This document shows positions 9,759 through 19,710 of a stretch of 64,000 bases of DNA, piece after piece; the stretch's first letter is position 1, and every line of letters begins with the position of its first letter. This DNA comes from a virus. The stretch lies in the IMG/VR virus record IMGVR_UViG_3300042293_000555, positions 1 to 64,000 of that record; one strand, given 5' to 3'. A program made the translations under genes and the position numbers. The notes below the pieces were generated by a model. It was not told where the DNA came from. It worked only from the letters and a program-made list of their open reading frames with translations, and did no database searches.

Positions 9759-10829
9759 CTAAAAGTAATCTACCAAGCCTTTATTGTGAGAACCTTTTAT
9801 GCCATAATTAGAAGACTTAGAACTGTTTAGTCTTTGTTTAGTTTCCTTTATTACTTCAGTTTTAGCTTTAGCCTTAATGTCTTTAACATCAAAATCTGAA
9901 GAAATAATTTTAGCTAACAAAATCATTTTTTCTTTGTCTTTGAAAACATTTTGCAAATCATTTTGAAACTGAGTAAGAAATTGATTGTTACCAACTTTGA
10001 CTGCTGCTTTAGTCATATATGGATGTAAATCTTTCTTATCTTTTGGTGTAAGTGCCCAATCCTTAATTTCAGTATTGTTATCAATCACCTTTTTTAAATC
10101 TGTAATGAGTTGCTTTCTATTATCTTCTTGTTGTTTAGCTGCTACCTTTTGATTTGCTAACAACTTTTCTTTATACCTTTCTCCTTCTTGTTCAAGACTA
10201 TCACTATACTTTTCAGCATACTTACTCATCTTACCTGTTTCTTCTAACCACTGAATTTTATCATCAACCTCATCTTCATCCATTTCTTCATAAGTACGAT
10301 AATAGTACTCTAAAAACTTCTTCTGAGATTTTTCATTAGTAATATCAAGTTCAGGTACTTTAGAAGTTTCACTGTAAAACTTAAAAAACTCCTTAGTGTT
10401 ACCACCTTCTTTTTTGAACTTTAAAAATGCTTTTGCATCTTCATCAAGTTCATCCATAAAAGCCTGAATAGTTTCATCTAATCTTGCTTCTATTTCTTCT
10501 TCCTGTAACTCTAAGAATTTTTCTTCATCAATGTCATCTTCAGTTTCTACACTAATAATTCCTTTTGATTTAAGAGTCTTATATAAATCTGCCCATTGTG
10601 AATCACCACTAAAAGCTGTCTTTACTTCTTCATCCTGTTCAAAGAAATTATCTTGTTCTGTTTCTTTTTCTTCTTTATCGTCTAAGTTTTCTACATCTTC
10701 ATCAACTACTTCTTTTACCTTCTTTTCAGGCAAAACAGTTGGTTCAGATTTAACTTCAAAGAACTCTTCATTATTATCCCAATTAAAGTCTACTAATGAT
10801 GTTCCTGTTTCTTTTACTTCATTAATCAT
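9759..10829 (-). CDS. Capsid scaffolding-like protein
   Basis: Highly acidic, coiled-coil-like protein between portal and major capsid genes. Confidence 0.65.
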   Translation of the reverse strand: MINEVKETGTSLVDFNWDNNEEFFEVKSEPTVLPEKKVKEVVDEDVENLDDKEEKETEQDNFFEQDEEVKTAFSGDSQWADLYKTLKSKGIISVETEDDIDEEKFLELQEEEIEARLDETIQAFMDELDEDAKAFLKFKKEGGNTKEFFKFYSETSKVPELDITNEKSQKKFLEYYYRTYEEMDEDEVDDKIQWLEETGKMSKYAEKYSDSLEQEGERYKEKLLANQKVAAKQQEDNRKQLITDLKKVIDNNTEIKDWALTPKDKKDLHPYMTKAAVKVGNNQFLTQFQNDLQNVFKDKEKMILLAKIISSDFDVKDIKAKAKTEVIKETKQRLNSSKSSNYGIKGSHNKGLVDYF

Positions 10830-10836
10830 AATAACA

Positions 10837-10844
10837 CAAATTTA
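10837..10844 (-). promoter_or_regulatory. Possible Bacteroidota-type -7 promoter element (TAAATTTG)
   Basis: Matches TAnnTTTG in the intergenic gap, but lies only ~8 nt from the ATG. Confidence 0.35.
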
Positions 10845-10897
10845 AGTTTGAAAATTAAATATTTTTCAGTTTGAATCTGAAACTTTTTCTGACTTGT

Positions 10898-13333
10898 TTA
10901 ATTACCTTTTTTATTAATCTTCTTTTTCTCTAACTCTATTTTCTTAGCATCTGTTTCTTTTTGGTGTTCAAATTTCTTTTCATCAAGTGCTTGTTTTCTC
11001 ATTTTAAGATCTGCATTAACACCTTCTCTTGCAACTTCTATTACATCTATCTCTCCATCATTGTCAGCATCTTTATCCATTGCAAAACCTAAAGACATAA
11101 TAGTTTGTTTTTGAACCTCTCTATTTGTCTTCTCTTTTTCCTTCATCATTTCAGTTTCTCTATTGTATGCCATTACTTCTTTTTCATGTGCTAATGTCTG
11201 TTGTTGCATTTCCTGTTGTTTCTCTAACTGTTGCATTTGTGATTTTTCCATCTCTTCTCTTTTCTTAGCTTCAGAAGTTTCAAGCATTTCTTCAGCTTCT
11301 TGAACACCTTCAGCTCTAATAACTTTAACAACATCACTTAAGTCTATTTTCTGTGACTGCATAGCTGCATGAGCAAGTTGAGATACAAGTTCTTTTACTT
11401 CATGTGCTTTAGATGAGTTAGATATAAAAATACCATAACTTGAATTATCTAACAATTCTGCATCAATAGTAAGAAGTTGTCTTGAAAAGTCATCTAAGAT
11501 ATAGTAAAGTTTCTGATTAGGTTTTTCAGTATAGGCTACTTTAGCACATTCTACTAATCTTTGAAGTACATTTCTTTTAACAACATTGTGCAACTCAAAT
11601 ATAGGTTCTAAAATATGAGAACTCTGAACCATTGTTTGCTTAGTATTTGTTACAGCAGCATTAGGTCCAATTTGTCCTTCAGCTTCAGGGGGTAGACCAA
11701 TAGACACCCCAGCTCTCCTTTCAATATATTCAGCTAAGTTAATATATTTTTGAATATCAGAAGCTAAAGACATATCTATTTCTTTAACAGCATTAGTTAT
11801 ACTTCCATCACCTTTATTACCTTCTTCATTAGGATTCATAAATCCTATTTTAGAAGATTCCATAAAGTATAACCATTTCTCAGTATCAATACCTGCACTT
11901 TCAGGAATCATACCAATATTCATTAGCATTATCTTACCTTTATCTGATGCCATTAACAGTTCTATCCTATACATAATAATATTATAATAGTACTGATATG
12001 CTTTAATCCTATCAATAACAGAAGTAGGTAATGAGTTAGTACAATCCATTACTCCACCAATATAAGGCAACTTACAATAGTAAAGATTAGATATATCTTT
12101 AAACTGACCTGGTACAGGTCTAAGGGAAACATAAATACTTTGACCAATTTTATATCCTTCATAAACTTCAGGAATCCATTCCCAAGTTACTGAAATATCT
12201 CCTTGAGTTTTATTAATAGTGTAACCTTCATCTACAATAGACTCTTGTATTTCACCATTCTCATCAGTATATACCAAAAACCCTATCTTTCTTAAAGCCT
12301 TCCAAGTAGCATGCACTACCCTTACTGTCCAACCATCATCTTCTTTATTGATGTTAAAAGAAAAGTTAGCATCAATAACATGATTAACATTCTGAGTATA
12401 GTAAGAGTAAACCTTATCTATATCATCTTCTGAAAGCTCATCACCAAAATAAGATATTACTTGTGATGGTGACATTCTATATACACATACTGCCCATTCA
12501 CCATCTTCAATGTATTCAATATCAGGTGATTTATCATAATCAAAATATAGTGGATTAACTACTGTCATTACAGGTTCATCATTCATTATACCTACCCAAA
12601 AAATTTCTTTAGCAGATATATTAAGATGCTTAAAACCTAAGTTAAACTTAGTAGCTATATTTTCTTTTTGTACTAAATACTCAAGTAGTTGATGTGCAAG
12701 TGCTTCAGCAGGATCCTGATGTTCTCTTTGCATATACTTCCTAACTTCTTCAGGAGTTTTAGCTTCTAACTCCTGTTCTATTTGTTGCTGTATTTGCTGT
12801 TGTTGTTCAGGAGTAAGTTCTTTACCTTGAGCTTCTGCTTGTTTCTTCTGCTCTATCTCAGTTCTAATAGGTTTCATTATTTCTGAAATTACATAATCCC
12901 TAAGCATACCAAATTCAGTTTCCTCTCTTCTTGTAGTAGCTTCTTCATTAACTGCTAACACTTTCCAAGAAAAAGGTCTTTTCATTTCCATACCTAAAAG
13001 CACCTTTATCTTAGGTGATATAATATCCCTATTAACAAAGTTAGCAGGTAACTCACCTGCCTGTGCACCAAATGGTTTAATTACATATTCAAAATCCTTA
13101 ATATTAATAATATTATTAAAGAGATCGTAATTAACTTTCATTCTTTTATAATCTGATACACTGTTAGCATCAAATGTATCAAATCCTGAACCATTAAATC
13201 CTATCTGTGCAAAAGATCTTTTATCTAAAAAATCTAAATTCTGTTTATACCATTGTTTGTCATCTTCATCTTTTTTTGCTCTTGTAAGTCTATGTTTTGG
13301 CATAGCTACATTATAATTGCCTGTATTACTCAT
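10898..13333 (-). CDS. Portal protein
   Basis: 811 aa, adjacent to TerL; NYDLFNN, PKIKVLLG, WEWIPEVYEG; Q/E-rich coiled C-terminus. Confidence 0.85.
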   Translation of the reverse strand: MSNTGNYNVAMPKHRLTRAKKDEDDKQWYKQNLDFLDKRSFAQIGFNGSGFDTFDANSVSDYKRMKVNYDLFNNIINIKDFEYVIKPFGAQAGELPANFVNRDIISPKIKVLLGMEMKRPFSWKVLAVNEEATTRREETEFGMLRDYVISEIMKPIRTEIEQKKQAEAQGKELTPEQQQQIQQQIEQELEAKTPEEVRKYMQREHQDPAEALAHQLLEYLVQKENIATKFNLGFKHLNISAKEIFWVGIMNDEPVMTVVNPLYFDYDKSPDIEYIEDGEWAVCVYRMSPSQVISYFGDELSEDDIDKVYSYYTQNVNHVIDANFSFNINKEDDGWTVRVVHATWKALRKIGFLVYTDENGEIQESIVDEGYTINKTQGDISVTWEWIPEVYEGYKIGQSIYVSLRPVPGQFKDISNLYYCKLPYIGGVMDCTNSLPTSVIDRIKAYQYYYNIIMYRIELLMASDKGKIMLMNIGMIPESAGIDTEKWLYFMESSKIGFMNPNEEGNKGDGSITNAVKEIDMSLASDIQKYINLAEYIERRAGVSIGLPPEAEGQIGPNAAVTNTKQTMVQSSHILEPIFELHNVVKRNVLQRLVECAKVAYTEKPNQKLYYILDDFSRQLLTIDAELLDNSSYGIFISNSSKAHEVKELVSQLAHAAMQSQKIDLSDVVKVIRAEGVQEAEEMLETSEAKKREEMEKSQMQQLEKQQEMQQQTLAHEKEVMAYNRETEMMKEKEKTNREVQKQTIMSLGFAMDKDADNDGEIDVIEVAREGVNADLKMRKQALDEKKFEHQKETDAKKIELEKKKINKKGN

Positions 13334-15402
13334 GATTTTTTATACCAATTTTTAAATGAGTTTAGTAATGATGTTGCAGCTTTATTTTTACCTGTATCTT
13401 CATCCCACTTCTTTTCTCCTTCTTCTTCTAATTGAAACATGATCATCATAAATGCCATTACCCTATCAAAGTTTCCTTTCCTATTAAACAGTATTAATTC
13501 TTCCAAAAGTCCGGGATCTGAAATTGTGTCCAAATTTAATATTTTATTTCCAAATTCATCTACATCTCTCTCTCTTAATAACCATTGTTTTATATATTTT
13601 GCTCCTGCATCTTTTAATTGATCATTCATGTGAATGCCAAACACCCTTGCTACCTTAGAATTTCTAATATTTTTAGATATTACAGCATCAGGTTGTGCAG
13701 CTAATAAATGTAATTTTCTTTTCTTTTCAAAGTAAGATTTAACATCTCTTACCATATTCTCATGCATTATTTCTGCACTATAAAGTTCTGCTAACATCTC
13801 TACAACTCTATGTGTATCATCAGCAGTATTCATTCTTCCTACATAATTAGCCACTATCATATCTCTACTGTAAGAAAATGTAGAGTGACCTTTATAAACA
13901 TATACAGCACCTAATGATGAACCACTACTTTGATCCTGTTGATAAGGGTCATATCCAATCTTATATAAACCTTTAGGTGCATTAGGTATAGGGTATTCAA
14001 ATATTGTTGGTGCACCACTAAGATTAAGTGTTTTTGGTTTATAATGCCAAACAGGTTCTAACTCATTCTTTAAATCAGGTATAGCTCTTACCTTAGTATC
14101 TTCTCCTCTTATAAGACTTACTGCCTGTCCTTTCTTATCATGTAACTTTTCTCTTTCTACAATGTTTAATCTATTACGAAGTTCAGTAATAGGGAAGTCA
14201 TTAGTTGATACTGTAAGAAAAGCTTCACTTGGTTTTAATGGATATTCCTGTACTCTCTTTTGAATAACACCAGTACCATTAGAAGAGTTCTTTAATATCT
14301 TTGCTCTTTCTACCAACTCATATTCAGTAGCTTCTTCTACCTGAGAATTACCTTGTTTATCATAAAAACCATCCATATTCCAAAATATAGGATGAAAGAA
14401 TCCACACTTTGTATTCTCTGCATTGTCATCCCATACATTAGTAAATGGTAATAAGTTATAAGTAGCAGGGTCATAAAACATTTCAGCAAAATCAATAGTA
14501 CCACCTTCCATATCACCACCTGTACCAAATATAATAATCTGTCCTGTTATAAACTTACCTGCTTTTAGTGTAGGTTCAGTAGCCATATATGAACTTTTAA
14601 GATTAGGAAACTTACCTGCTTCTTCTAACAGTACATAAACAGCATCTTTACCACGAGCAGCATCAGGATTATCTGCAAAAGTAACTGCCATTACCTGAGA
14701 ACCATAACCTTTCTCAATGGATACACCATTAACTACTTCTTTAAATGATGCCTTTCTATGATCTTGTTTATCAATAAAATCTCTATTCTTTCTCCACCCG
14801 GTATGTTGATTTAAAAAGTTAATATAGTCACTTGCCATACCCATTGTTCCTTCAGGGTATAAATATTTCTTTTCAAATGCACCAATAATAGACAATGAAT
14901 CTCTTGTATTATTATACTTATTAACTACTTTAGAACCATTCTTATAAGAGTAACCTTTTCTTCTTGATTTACCTACAATAACATGTCTACCACCATCAAG
15001 AAATTCTTCTTCAATAGTAATTTGAAGATTAAGATCTTTATAATCCTGTAGTGTAATACCATTATAAGCTATCTCACTTGCCCAATAATAATTATAATCA
15101 CCATCCCAAAAGTCAGGAAAACCATCTAATTTCTTAGCTTTCCTACCTGCTGCATTTTTCTCTACCCTCATAATAGGACAGAAGTTAAGATAAAAGTAAT
15201 GATCACCTGTTATCTTAACTCCTCCTACATCATATCCTTCAACTGTCCTTCTAAGTTGTTCTTCCCAATATATCTGCCATGATGGTGAACCCCAAGGGTC
15301 AGGACAATAATAACCATATTTCTCAAAATGCCTTGCTTCTTCCCTAAATACTTCTGTATTAACCCAGTGTCCATTAGGATTTCTTACTGATTCTACTTTC
15401 AT
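13330..15402 (-). CDS. terL: Terminase large subunit
   Basis: ITGDHYFYLNF, KSRRKGYSY (Walker A variant), LLEEAGKF (Walker B), GTGG, nuclease IGYDPY and NFDRVMA. Confidence 0.92.
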   Translation of the reverse strand: MKVESVRNPNGHWVNTEVFREEARHFEKYGYYCPDPWGSPSWQIYWEEQLRRTVEGYDVGGVKITGDHYFYLNFCPIMRVEKNAAGRKAKKLDGFPDFWDGDYNYYWASEIAYNGITLQDYKDLNLQITIEEEFLDGGRHVIVGKSRRKGYSYKNGSKVVNKYNNTRDSLSIIGAFEKKYLYPEGTMGMASDYINFLNQHTGWRKNRDFIDKQDHRKASFKEVVNGVSIEKGYGSQVMAVTFADNPDAARGKDAVYVLLEEAGKFPNLKSSYMATEPTLKAGKFITGQIIIFGTGGDMEGGTIDFAEMFYDPATYNLLPFTNVWDDNAENTKCGFFHPIFWNMDGFYDKQGNSQVEEATEYELVERAKILKNSSNGTGVIQKRVQEYPLKPSEAFLTVSTNDFPITELRNRLNIVEREKLHDKKGQAVSLIRGEDTKVRAIPDLKNELEPVWHYKPKTLNLSGAPTIFEYPIPNAPKGLYKIGYDPYQQDQSSGSSLGAVYVYKGHSTFSYSRDMIVANYVGRMNTADDTHRVVEMLAELYSAEIMHENMVRDVKSYFEKKRKLHLLAAQPDAVISKNIRNSKVARVFGIHMNDQLKDAGAKYIKQWLLRERDVDEFGNKILNLDTISDPGLLEELILFNRKGNFDRVMAFMMIMFQLEEEGEKKWDEDTGKNKAATSLLNSFKNWYKKS

Positions 15403-15407
15403 ACAGT

Positions 15408-15854
15408 TTATTGTGCAGGAGCTGCTGTTACATATTTCAATCTATAAAGAGTGTGAGCTATAAGTTGACTCATTTCATCAACCTGATTTAGAATCCAAGT
15501 TTCCTTAAACATAGATTTAGCAGATTCTACCTGTTTATACAAACCTTCAAAGTAAGATACAAGATTAGATATACCTGATGCCTGAAATGACAGAGTAAGT
15601 TGACCATGTACTGCCATTACTGTTTCAGCAAATGTATCAAGTAAACCATCTAAAGCATCATAAAACATTCCAAGTGCTTCATGTGAAGCTGAAGATTTTA
15701 CTCTTTGCTCTATATGACTAATGTGAGCATCTTCTTTTGCTTTAAAAAGCATAGATATAAACTTAGAACATGACTCATGATGCTTCTGTGAAGAAGACTG
15801 TGAAACTTTGTTTGATGTAGAATCATCAAATGCATCAATAAAATTGTTTTTCAT
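15408..15854 (-). CDS. Ferritin/Dps-like four-helix protein
   Basis: HISH..HEALGMFYDALDGLLDTFAE..NQVDEM..TLYRL pattern of phage ferritin-like proteins. Confidence 0.6.
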   Translation of the reverse strand: MKNNFIDAFDDSTSNKVSQSSSQKHHESCSKFISMLFKAKEDAHISHIEQRVKSSASHEALGMFYDALDGLLDTFAETVMAVHGQLTLSFQASGISNLVSYFEGLYKQVESAKSMFKETWILNQVDEMSQLIAHTLYRLKYVTAAPAQ

Positions 15855-16405
15855 CTTTCAAATTGGTTTATCTCTTTACCAGCTTTGGTTTTAGAGGATT
15901 CATAAATTTCCTGCTCAACTCTTTCCTGTAAATCTGACATAGATCTAAGTACTTCATTAGCAGATTTTAATGCAGCAATAACTTCTCCAATCTTATACAC
16001 AGGTAATCCTTTATCATTTCTTTCACTAAAATCAACACTCTGAAAGAAATTAATAGTTTCTTCTATACCTGCTTTAACAGCCTTAAAATACCTCATAGAT
16101 GGTGAAGCATCAGATAACCATTGATTGTAAGTTTCAATAGCATTAAATATGAGTGTATCAGGTTCCCAACTTTCATCTTTCCATAAACCTTTTATCACCT
16201 TACTTTCTCTTTCATCTTCCTTATAACCTGAATAAGGATTATTCTTCTTAGGTGACACCACAAAATAAACATAAGAAAATTCTCTTATTGCATTATCCTT
16301 ATGCTTAGTAGTATCTCTATCCCATATTTCCTTAAAAGGAGATATAAGTAAAAGTTCTTTAACAGGTTTAACAAACGAATTATGTACTTCAAATATCTCT
16401 ACCAT
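15851..16405 (-). CDS. Conserved crAss-like protein upstream of TerL (possible small terminase)
   Basis: Likely start MVEIFEV; position; helical composition. Confidence 0.45.
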   Translation of the reverse strand: MVEIFEVHNSFVKPVKELLLISPFKEIWDRDTTKHKDNAIREFSYVYFVVSPKKNNPYSGYKEDERESKVIKGLWKDESWEPDTLIFNAIETYNQWLSDASPSMRYFKAVKAGIEETINFFQSVDFSERNDKGLPVYKIGEVIAALKSANEVLRSMSDLQERVEQEIYESSKTKAGKEINQFER

Positions 16406-16406
16406 G

Positions 16407-17189
16407 TTAAAAAATATTTTCTTCAGGAACATCAATATCTCTTAACCATGATGGTACATCAAAACTTGGACAAGCCTTATTTGCTACTTGATGATGCCCT
16501 AAGATTTTGATTTTAGGATGTAATTTTATAGTATCAAATACTTCTTTAATGAGAGTATTAGTCTGTTCAGGAGTACGTGTATCTTTTGGTATTTGCCAAT
16601 TAACTTTTTCAGCTCCACCAACATACACAATATGCCTACAATTATTATTAAACCCAAGTGCACCAAAAGTTACTTCAAATCCTTCTACTACAGCATTCTC
16701 ATTAACAGGATTAATAACAGTAGTAGAGCCATCAAGATGCACCATCTTATAATATCCACATTTAGACCAACCTCTACCTACCATGGTTCTAATAGGCTTA
16801 TTATTAATAAACTCTTGTGGAAGTGCATTCCTATTAGGGTAAGTTTTACCCTTATATCTTACACCACCTATAATATCAGCAGGCCCCATATGTGTTTCTT
16901 CAATAGCACCTTTAGTCCATTCTTGTCCTTCTCTTGAAGCAGTACAATGTATCATCAAATACATCAACTTATTACCCAATACAGAAGTCTTATTATTAAG
17001 TGCTTCCCATGTCATAGGTCCTACTACACCATCTTGTGATAAATTAGCAGCTTTTTGAAATTCTTTTACCGCAATAAGTGTAGAAGAATCAAACAAACTA
17101 TTAATAGGAAACTTGTAAAGTCCTGTTTCTCTAAGAGCTACCTGTAACTGTAATACAAACTCTCCTTTACTACCATATTCTAATCTCAT
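16407..17189 (-). CDS. Endolysin: N-acetylmuramoyl-L-alanine amidase with N-terminal peptidoglycan-binding domain
   Basis: AVKEFQ..DGVVGPMTW binding motif; IHCTA..GHHQVANKACPSF T7-type amidase Zn ligands. Confidence 0.9.
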   Translation of the reverse strand: MRLEYGSKGEFVLQLQVALRETGLYKFPINSLFDSSTLIAVKEFQKAANLSQDGVVGPMTWEALNNKTSVLGNKLMYLMIHCTASREGQEWTKGAIEETHMGPADIIGGVRYKGKTYPNRNALPQEFINNKPIRTMVGRGWSKCGYYKMVHLDGSTTVINPVNENAVVEGFEVTFGALGFNNNCRHIVYVGGAEKVNWQIPKDTRTPEQTNTLIKEVFDTIKLHPKIKILGHHQVANKACPSFDVPSWLRDIDVPEENIF

Positions 17190-17193
17190 AATT

Positions 17194-17490
17194 TTATTTT
17201 TTAATTACACCTTTAATAAACAACACCTGTTTTGAATTATCATTAAAAGTTACAGTAGCAGTCTTTGCAACTTCCATTGTTTTTTGACCAAGTTTTTCTA
17301 AATGCTTAGGAATATCTGTAGTGGTATATTTTAAAATAACCTCATTAGATCCTTTATTATACTTTGAAGTAGTACAACCACAAGCTACAGCTATTTCACT
17401 AATAGTTAATGCACCTGAGTATTTAAAAGTAGCTTCAATAGTAGTTTTAGGTTTAGCATTACCAAAATCATGAACTGTTTTATTCCACAT
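17194..17490 (-). CDS. Small Ig-like (DUF1573-like) protein
   Basis: HDFG..ACGCT..KTATVTF pattern. Confidence 0.55.
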   Translation of the reverse strand: MWNKTVHDFGNAKPKTTIEATFKYSGALTISEIAVACGCTTSKYNKGSNEVILKYTTTDIPKHLEKLGQKTMEVAKTATVTFNDNSKQVLFIKGVIKK

Positions 17491-17800
17491 CTCTAATAGT
17501 TTTTTTAAAGTTTTTCCAATTTGAAGCAGACATCATTACAGGATAACATTTACCATGACATTCCTTGTTACAGAGAGTAAGTGCAGGTATAGAGCACTGA
17601 CAAATCTTACATTGTCCTGCAAGATAACAATCTTTATCCATTACTTTCATCCTATATTCAAACTGTTCCTGAATATGTTTCCTTATTAGAAACTTAAATT
17701 TAGAATAATAGAGCTTTTCTCTTAGATGCCCTTGAAAATAATAGTAAACATCACTTAATGGTATTTCTCCTTTCAGCAACTTTTTTAAATGATTCTTCAT
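17480..17800 (-). CDS. Cys-rich (putative Zn-binding) hypothetical protein
   Basis: CYLAGQCKICQC..CNKECHGKCYP. Confidence 0.55.
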   Translation of the reverse strand: MKNHLKKLLKGEIPLSDVYYYFQGHLREKLYYSKFKFLIRKHIQEQFEYRMKVMDKDCYLAGQCKICQCSIPALTLCNKECHGKCYPVMMSASNWKNFKKTIRDVE

Positions 17801-18119
17801 ATTTGCTTACATAATTAGTTAATATATTCAATTGCTTTACATACATATCATCTTCCCTAATATTGTAATTTTGAGCTGCTCTAAAATCAACATCACACTT
17901 TACTTCCTTTAACTTAGCAAGTATAGGTGTAGGAAATATTTGAAAACTGCCAAAACCCTTTAACCTTATATTAGGTAAATCTTCACCAATCATCTTTTGT
18001 CTAAAATACTTAAAAGAATCAAGGACAGTAGAATGAAAATCATCTTCAGTCAAATTAGGGTATAATTGTTTTACCTTTTCATAATACTGACTAATCAGCT
18101 GATTTCTCTGTAGTGCCAT
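17751..18119 (-). CDS. IHF/HU-like DNA-binding protein
   Basis: NIRLKGFGSFQI HU/IHF signature. Confidence 0.65.
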   Translation of the reverse strand: MALQRNQLISQYYEKVKQLYPNLTEDDFHSTVLDSFKYFRQKMIGEDLPNIRLKGFGSFQIFPTPILAKLKEVKCDVDFRAAQNYNIREDDMYVKQLNILTNYVSKYEESFKKVAERRNTIK

Positions 18120-18462
18120 AATCCTTATTTATAACCTGTAAATAATAATCCTGACTTACATCATTAGGAATAAGCATCTGCAAAATAGTATTAGAGTTAG
18201 TGACAAATCCTTTAGCCTTTAAACTCTTAATGTAATTAGATAATCCTGCATCAGATAAATTAAGTTCAGACCTTATCTTCTTTTTAGCAGTAGAACCAAA
18301 CCTATCTTCAGCAATATCACCTTGCAACATCATAAAAGAAGCAAGTACTTCAATCTCCTTTGGTGTTAATTTATTACTGGGAATCAGGGCATTAATAATA
18401 GACAAATGTACAATGTAATAATCCTTGTTAGGTAATACTAACTTCTTACTTAGTGCTTTCAT
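18091..18462 (-). CDS. Winged-helix DNA-binding protein
   Basis: LTPKEIEVL..IRSELNLSDAGLSNYIKSLKAKGFV HTH; first gene of the late module. Confidence 0.7.
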   Translation of the reverse strand: MKALSKKLVLPNKDYYIVHLSIINALIPSNKLTPKEIEVLASFMMLQGDIAEDRFGSTAKKKIRSELNLSDAGLSNYIKSLKAKGFVTNSNTILQMLIPNDVSQDYYLQVINKDYGTTEKSAD

Positions 18463-18496
18463 ATCTTTCAGTTTTTTCTTTAATATTCTTTAGATA

Positions 18497-18504
18497 CAAA
18501 TGTA
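18497..18504 (-). promoter_or_regulatory. Bacteroidota-type -7 promoter element (TACATTTG) for the structural operon
   Basis: TAnnTTTG match ~35 nt upstream of the first minus-strand gene. Confidence 0.55.
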
Positions 18505-18542
18505 ATTCTTTTTCACTTGTAATTAAAGGGTTCTAAAAAATT

Positions 18543-18630
18543 TTTTATAAAATTTAAAAATAGGTGTGTTTCATTGATGTGTGAAAAAATTTTATAAAAT
18601 TTAAAAATTGGTCTGAATAATAAGTGTGTG
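18543..18630. repeat. Two imperfect direct repeats with 47-bp period
   Basis: TTTTATAAAATTTAAAAATWGGT...GTGTG at 18543 and 18590. Confidence 0.7.
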
Positions 18631-18635
18631 ATTCC

Positions 18636-18660
18636 CCTTAAAAAACACCCCCCTTAATTT
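18636..18660 (+). promoter_or_regulatory. Phage promoter-like motif, copy 1
   Basis: CCTTAAAAAACACCCCCCTTAATTT. Confidence 0.6.
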
Positions 18661-18723
18661 TTGGTTCAATTCAATACCCCTACCCTTCGGGATAGTGGTC
18701 TAAATTGAGCCACAAAATTAAAT

Positions 18724-18750
18724 GTCCTTAGCAGGACACTCCCCTTTATG
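18724..18750 (+). promoter_or_regulatory. Phage promoter-like motif, copy 2
   Basis: GTCCTTAGCAGGACACTCCCCTTTATG, ~40 nt before the ATG at 18791. Confidence 0.6.
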
Positions 18751-18790
18751 TTTGGTGATAATGTTGTCACCAATTAAACTTCCACCACAG

Positions 18791-19036
18791 ATGGCACAGT
18801 TTATTAGCATTGCAGAGTTCAAGCAGTTCACAGGTGTGAACTCTTTCAAAAGAGTATTAAACCCAACTACGGGTAAATACTCACTCTTATTGGACAATGG
18901 CAAGTTTGTCAAAGTCCAACAGGATTTGGACACAACCAAAGATATGGTCTTCATCATCGGTGACGATGAAGAAATCATTGATGGTTGCTTGATAAATTGC
19001 ACAAGCAAGTTCGAAGATACGGGTGACGTATTCTAA
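18791..19036 (+). CDS. Early small protein, paralog A
   Basis: Start MAQFISIAEFK inferred from alignment to 19799..20035 (shared SFKRVLN..TGKYSLL..KVQQDLD..GCL). Confidence 0.8.
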   Translation: MAQFISIAEFKQFTGVNSFKRVLNPTTGKYSLLLDNGKFVKVQQDLDTTKDMVFIIGDDEEIIDGCLINCTSKFEDTGDVF

Positions 19037-19045
19037 GAACTAAAT

Positions 19046-19107
19046 TACCCACATTCAGGCTCTGTTCCCTGTTAACTATCATTGTCATTGATAGGTGTGG
19101 GTATTTT
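19046..19107 (+). ncRNA. Three-way-junction structured element, copy A
   Basis: TACCCACA/TGTGGGTA; CAGG-CTCTGTTC-CCTG; CTATCA-TTGTCAT-TGATAG; followed by TTTT. Confidence 0.7.
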
Positions 19108-19142
19108 CAAATTATTATTTAATCTTTTAAATATATATCTCT

Positions 19143-19445
19143 ATGACAAAGTCAGAGATTCATAACCACAATGAGTTGGTTAATTGGGAAATCAGATCCC
19201 TCAATCTTCAATTACAAGCAATTGAAGAACAAATTGAAAAACTGGGAATGCAATTGGTTAGTCCTGAAATAATGGACAAACATTTGCATAATGAACAAGT
19301 CCGTGAAACTATTCACAGATTAAATGCTGAACTTGTTCAGCAAGAGTCTGAAGAAGAGTATGATAGGATAATGGTATTGATTAGTTACCAATATTCTTTG
19401 CTCATAGATGAGCAAAAAGTATGGAATGTAATTGATCTATTGTAA
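19143..19445 (+). CDS. Hypothetical coiled-coil protein
   Basis: 100-aa ORF followed by a terminator. Confidence 0.65.
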   Translation: MTKSEIHNHNELVNWEIRSLNLQLQAIEEQIEKLGMQLVSPEIMDKHLHNEQVRETIHRLNAELVQQESEEEYDRIMVLISYQYSLLIDEQKVWNVIDLL

Positions 19446-19450
19446 GTTTC

Positions 19451-19485
19451 AAGTATAAGGTGTTCTCGTAGCACCTTATACTTTT
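19451..19485 (+). terminator. Intrinsic terminator
   Basis: AAGTATAAGGTG/CACCTTATACTT stem plus U-tract. Confidence 0.75.
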
Positions 19486-19489
19486 CTCA

Positions 19490-19516
19490 GTCCTTAACTG
19501 GACACTCCCCTACTTA
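19490..19516 (+). promoter_or_regulatory. Phage promoter-like motif, copy 3
   Basis: GTCCTTAACTGGACACTCCCCTACTTA, directly after the terminator. Confidence 0.55.
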
Positions 19517-19557
19517 CACAAAAATAAGTGAACTCTAACGAGTTCACTTATTTTTTT

Positions 19558-19710
19558 ACACATTCACGCATACACTTGAAACTTGAAACGTGTACATATA
19601 TACATATATGTATACTTACTTTTAAACACATTCACTTGGAACTGAAAAATTATACATATTCATTTGAAACTTCTAAACACATTCACGTGAAACTGAAAAA
19701 CTACACCATT
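19558..19710. repeat. Cluster of degenerate direct repeats
   Basis: AAACACATTCACTTGGAACTGAAAAATTATAC (~19624) vs AAACACATTCACGTGAAACTGAAAAACTACAC (~19675); partial copies near 19560-19590 and 19657. Confidence 0.65.

Noticed and set aside
18722-18790. Extended starts in the ORF track (18722, 24358, 31897, 34406, 40637, 42585)
   Set aside because: The extensions overlap promoter-like motifs, terminators, leaders or upstream genes; downstream ATGs with A-rich leaders fit better.
19558-19710. Mini CRISPR array
   Set aside because: Repeats are degenerate and irregularly spaced, the intervening sequence is itself repeat-like, and there are no cas genes; 38999..40063 lacks the Cas4 Fe-S cysteine pattern.
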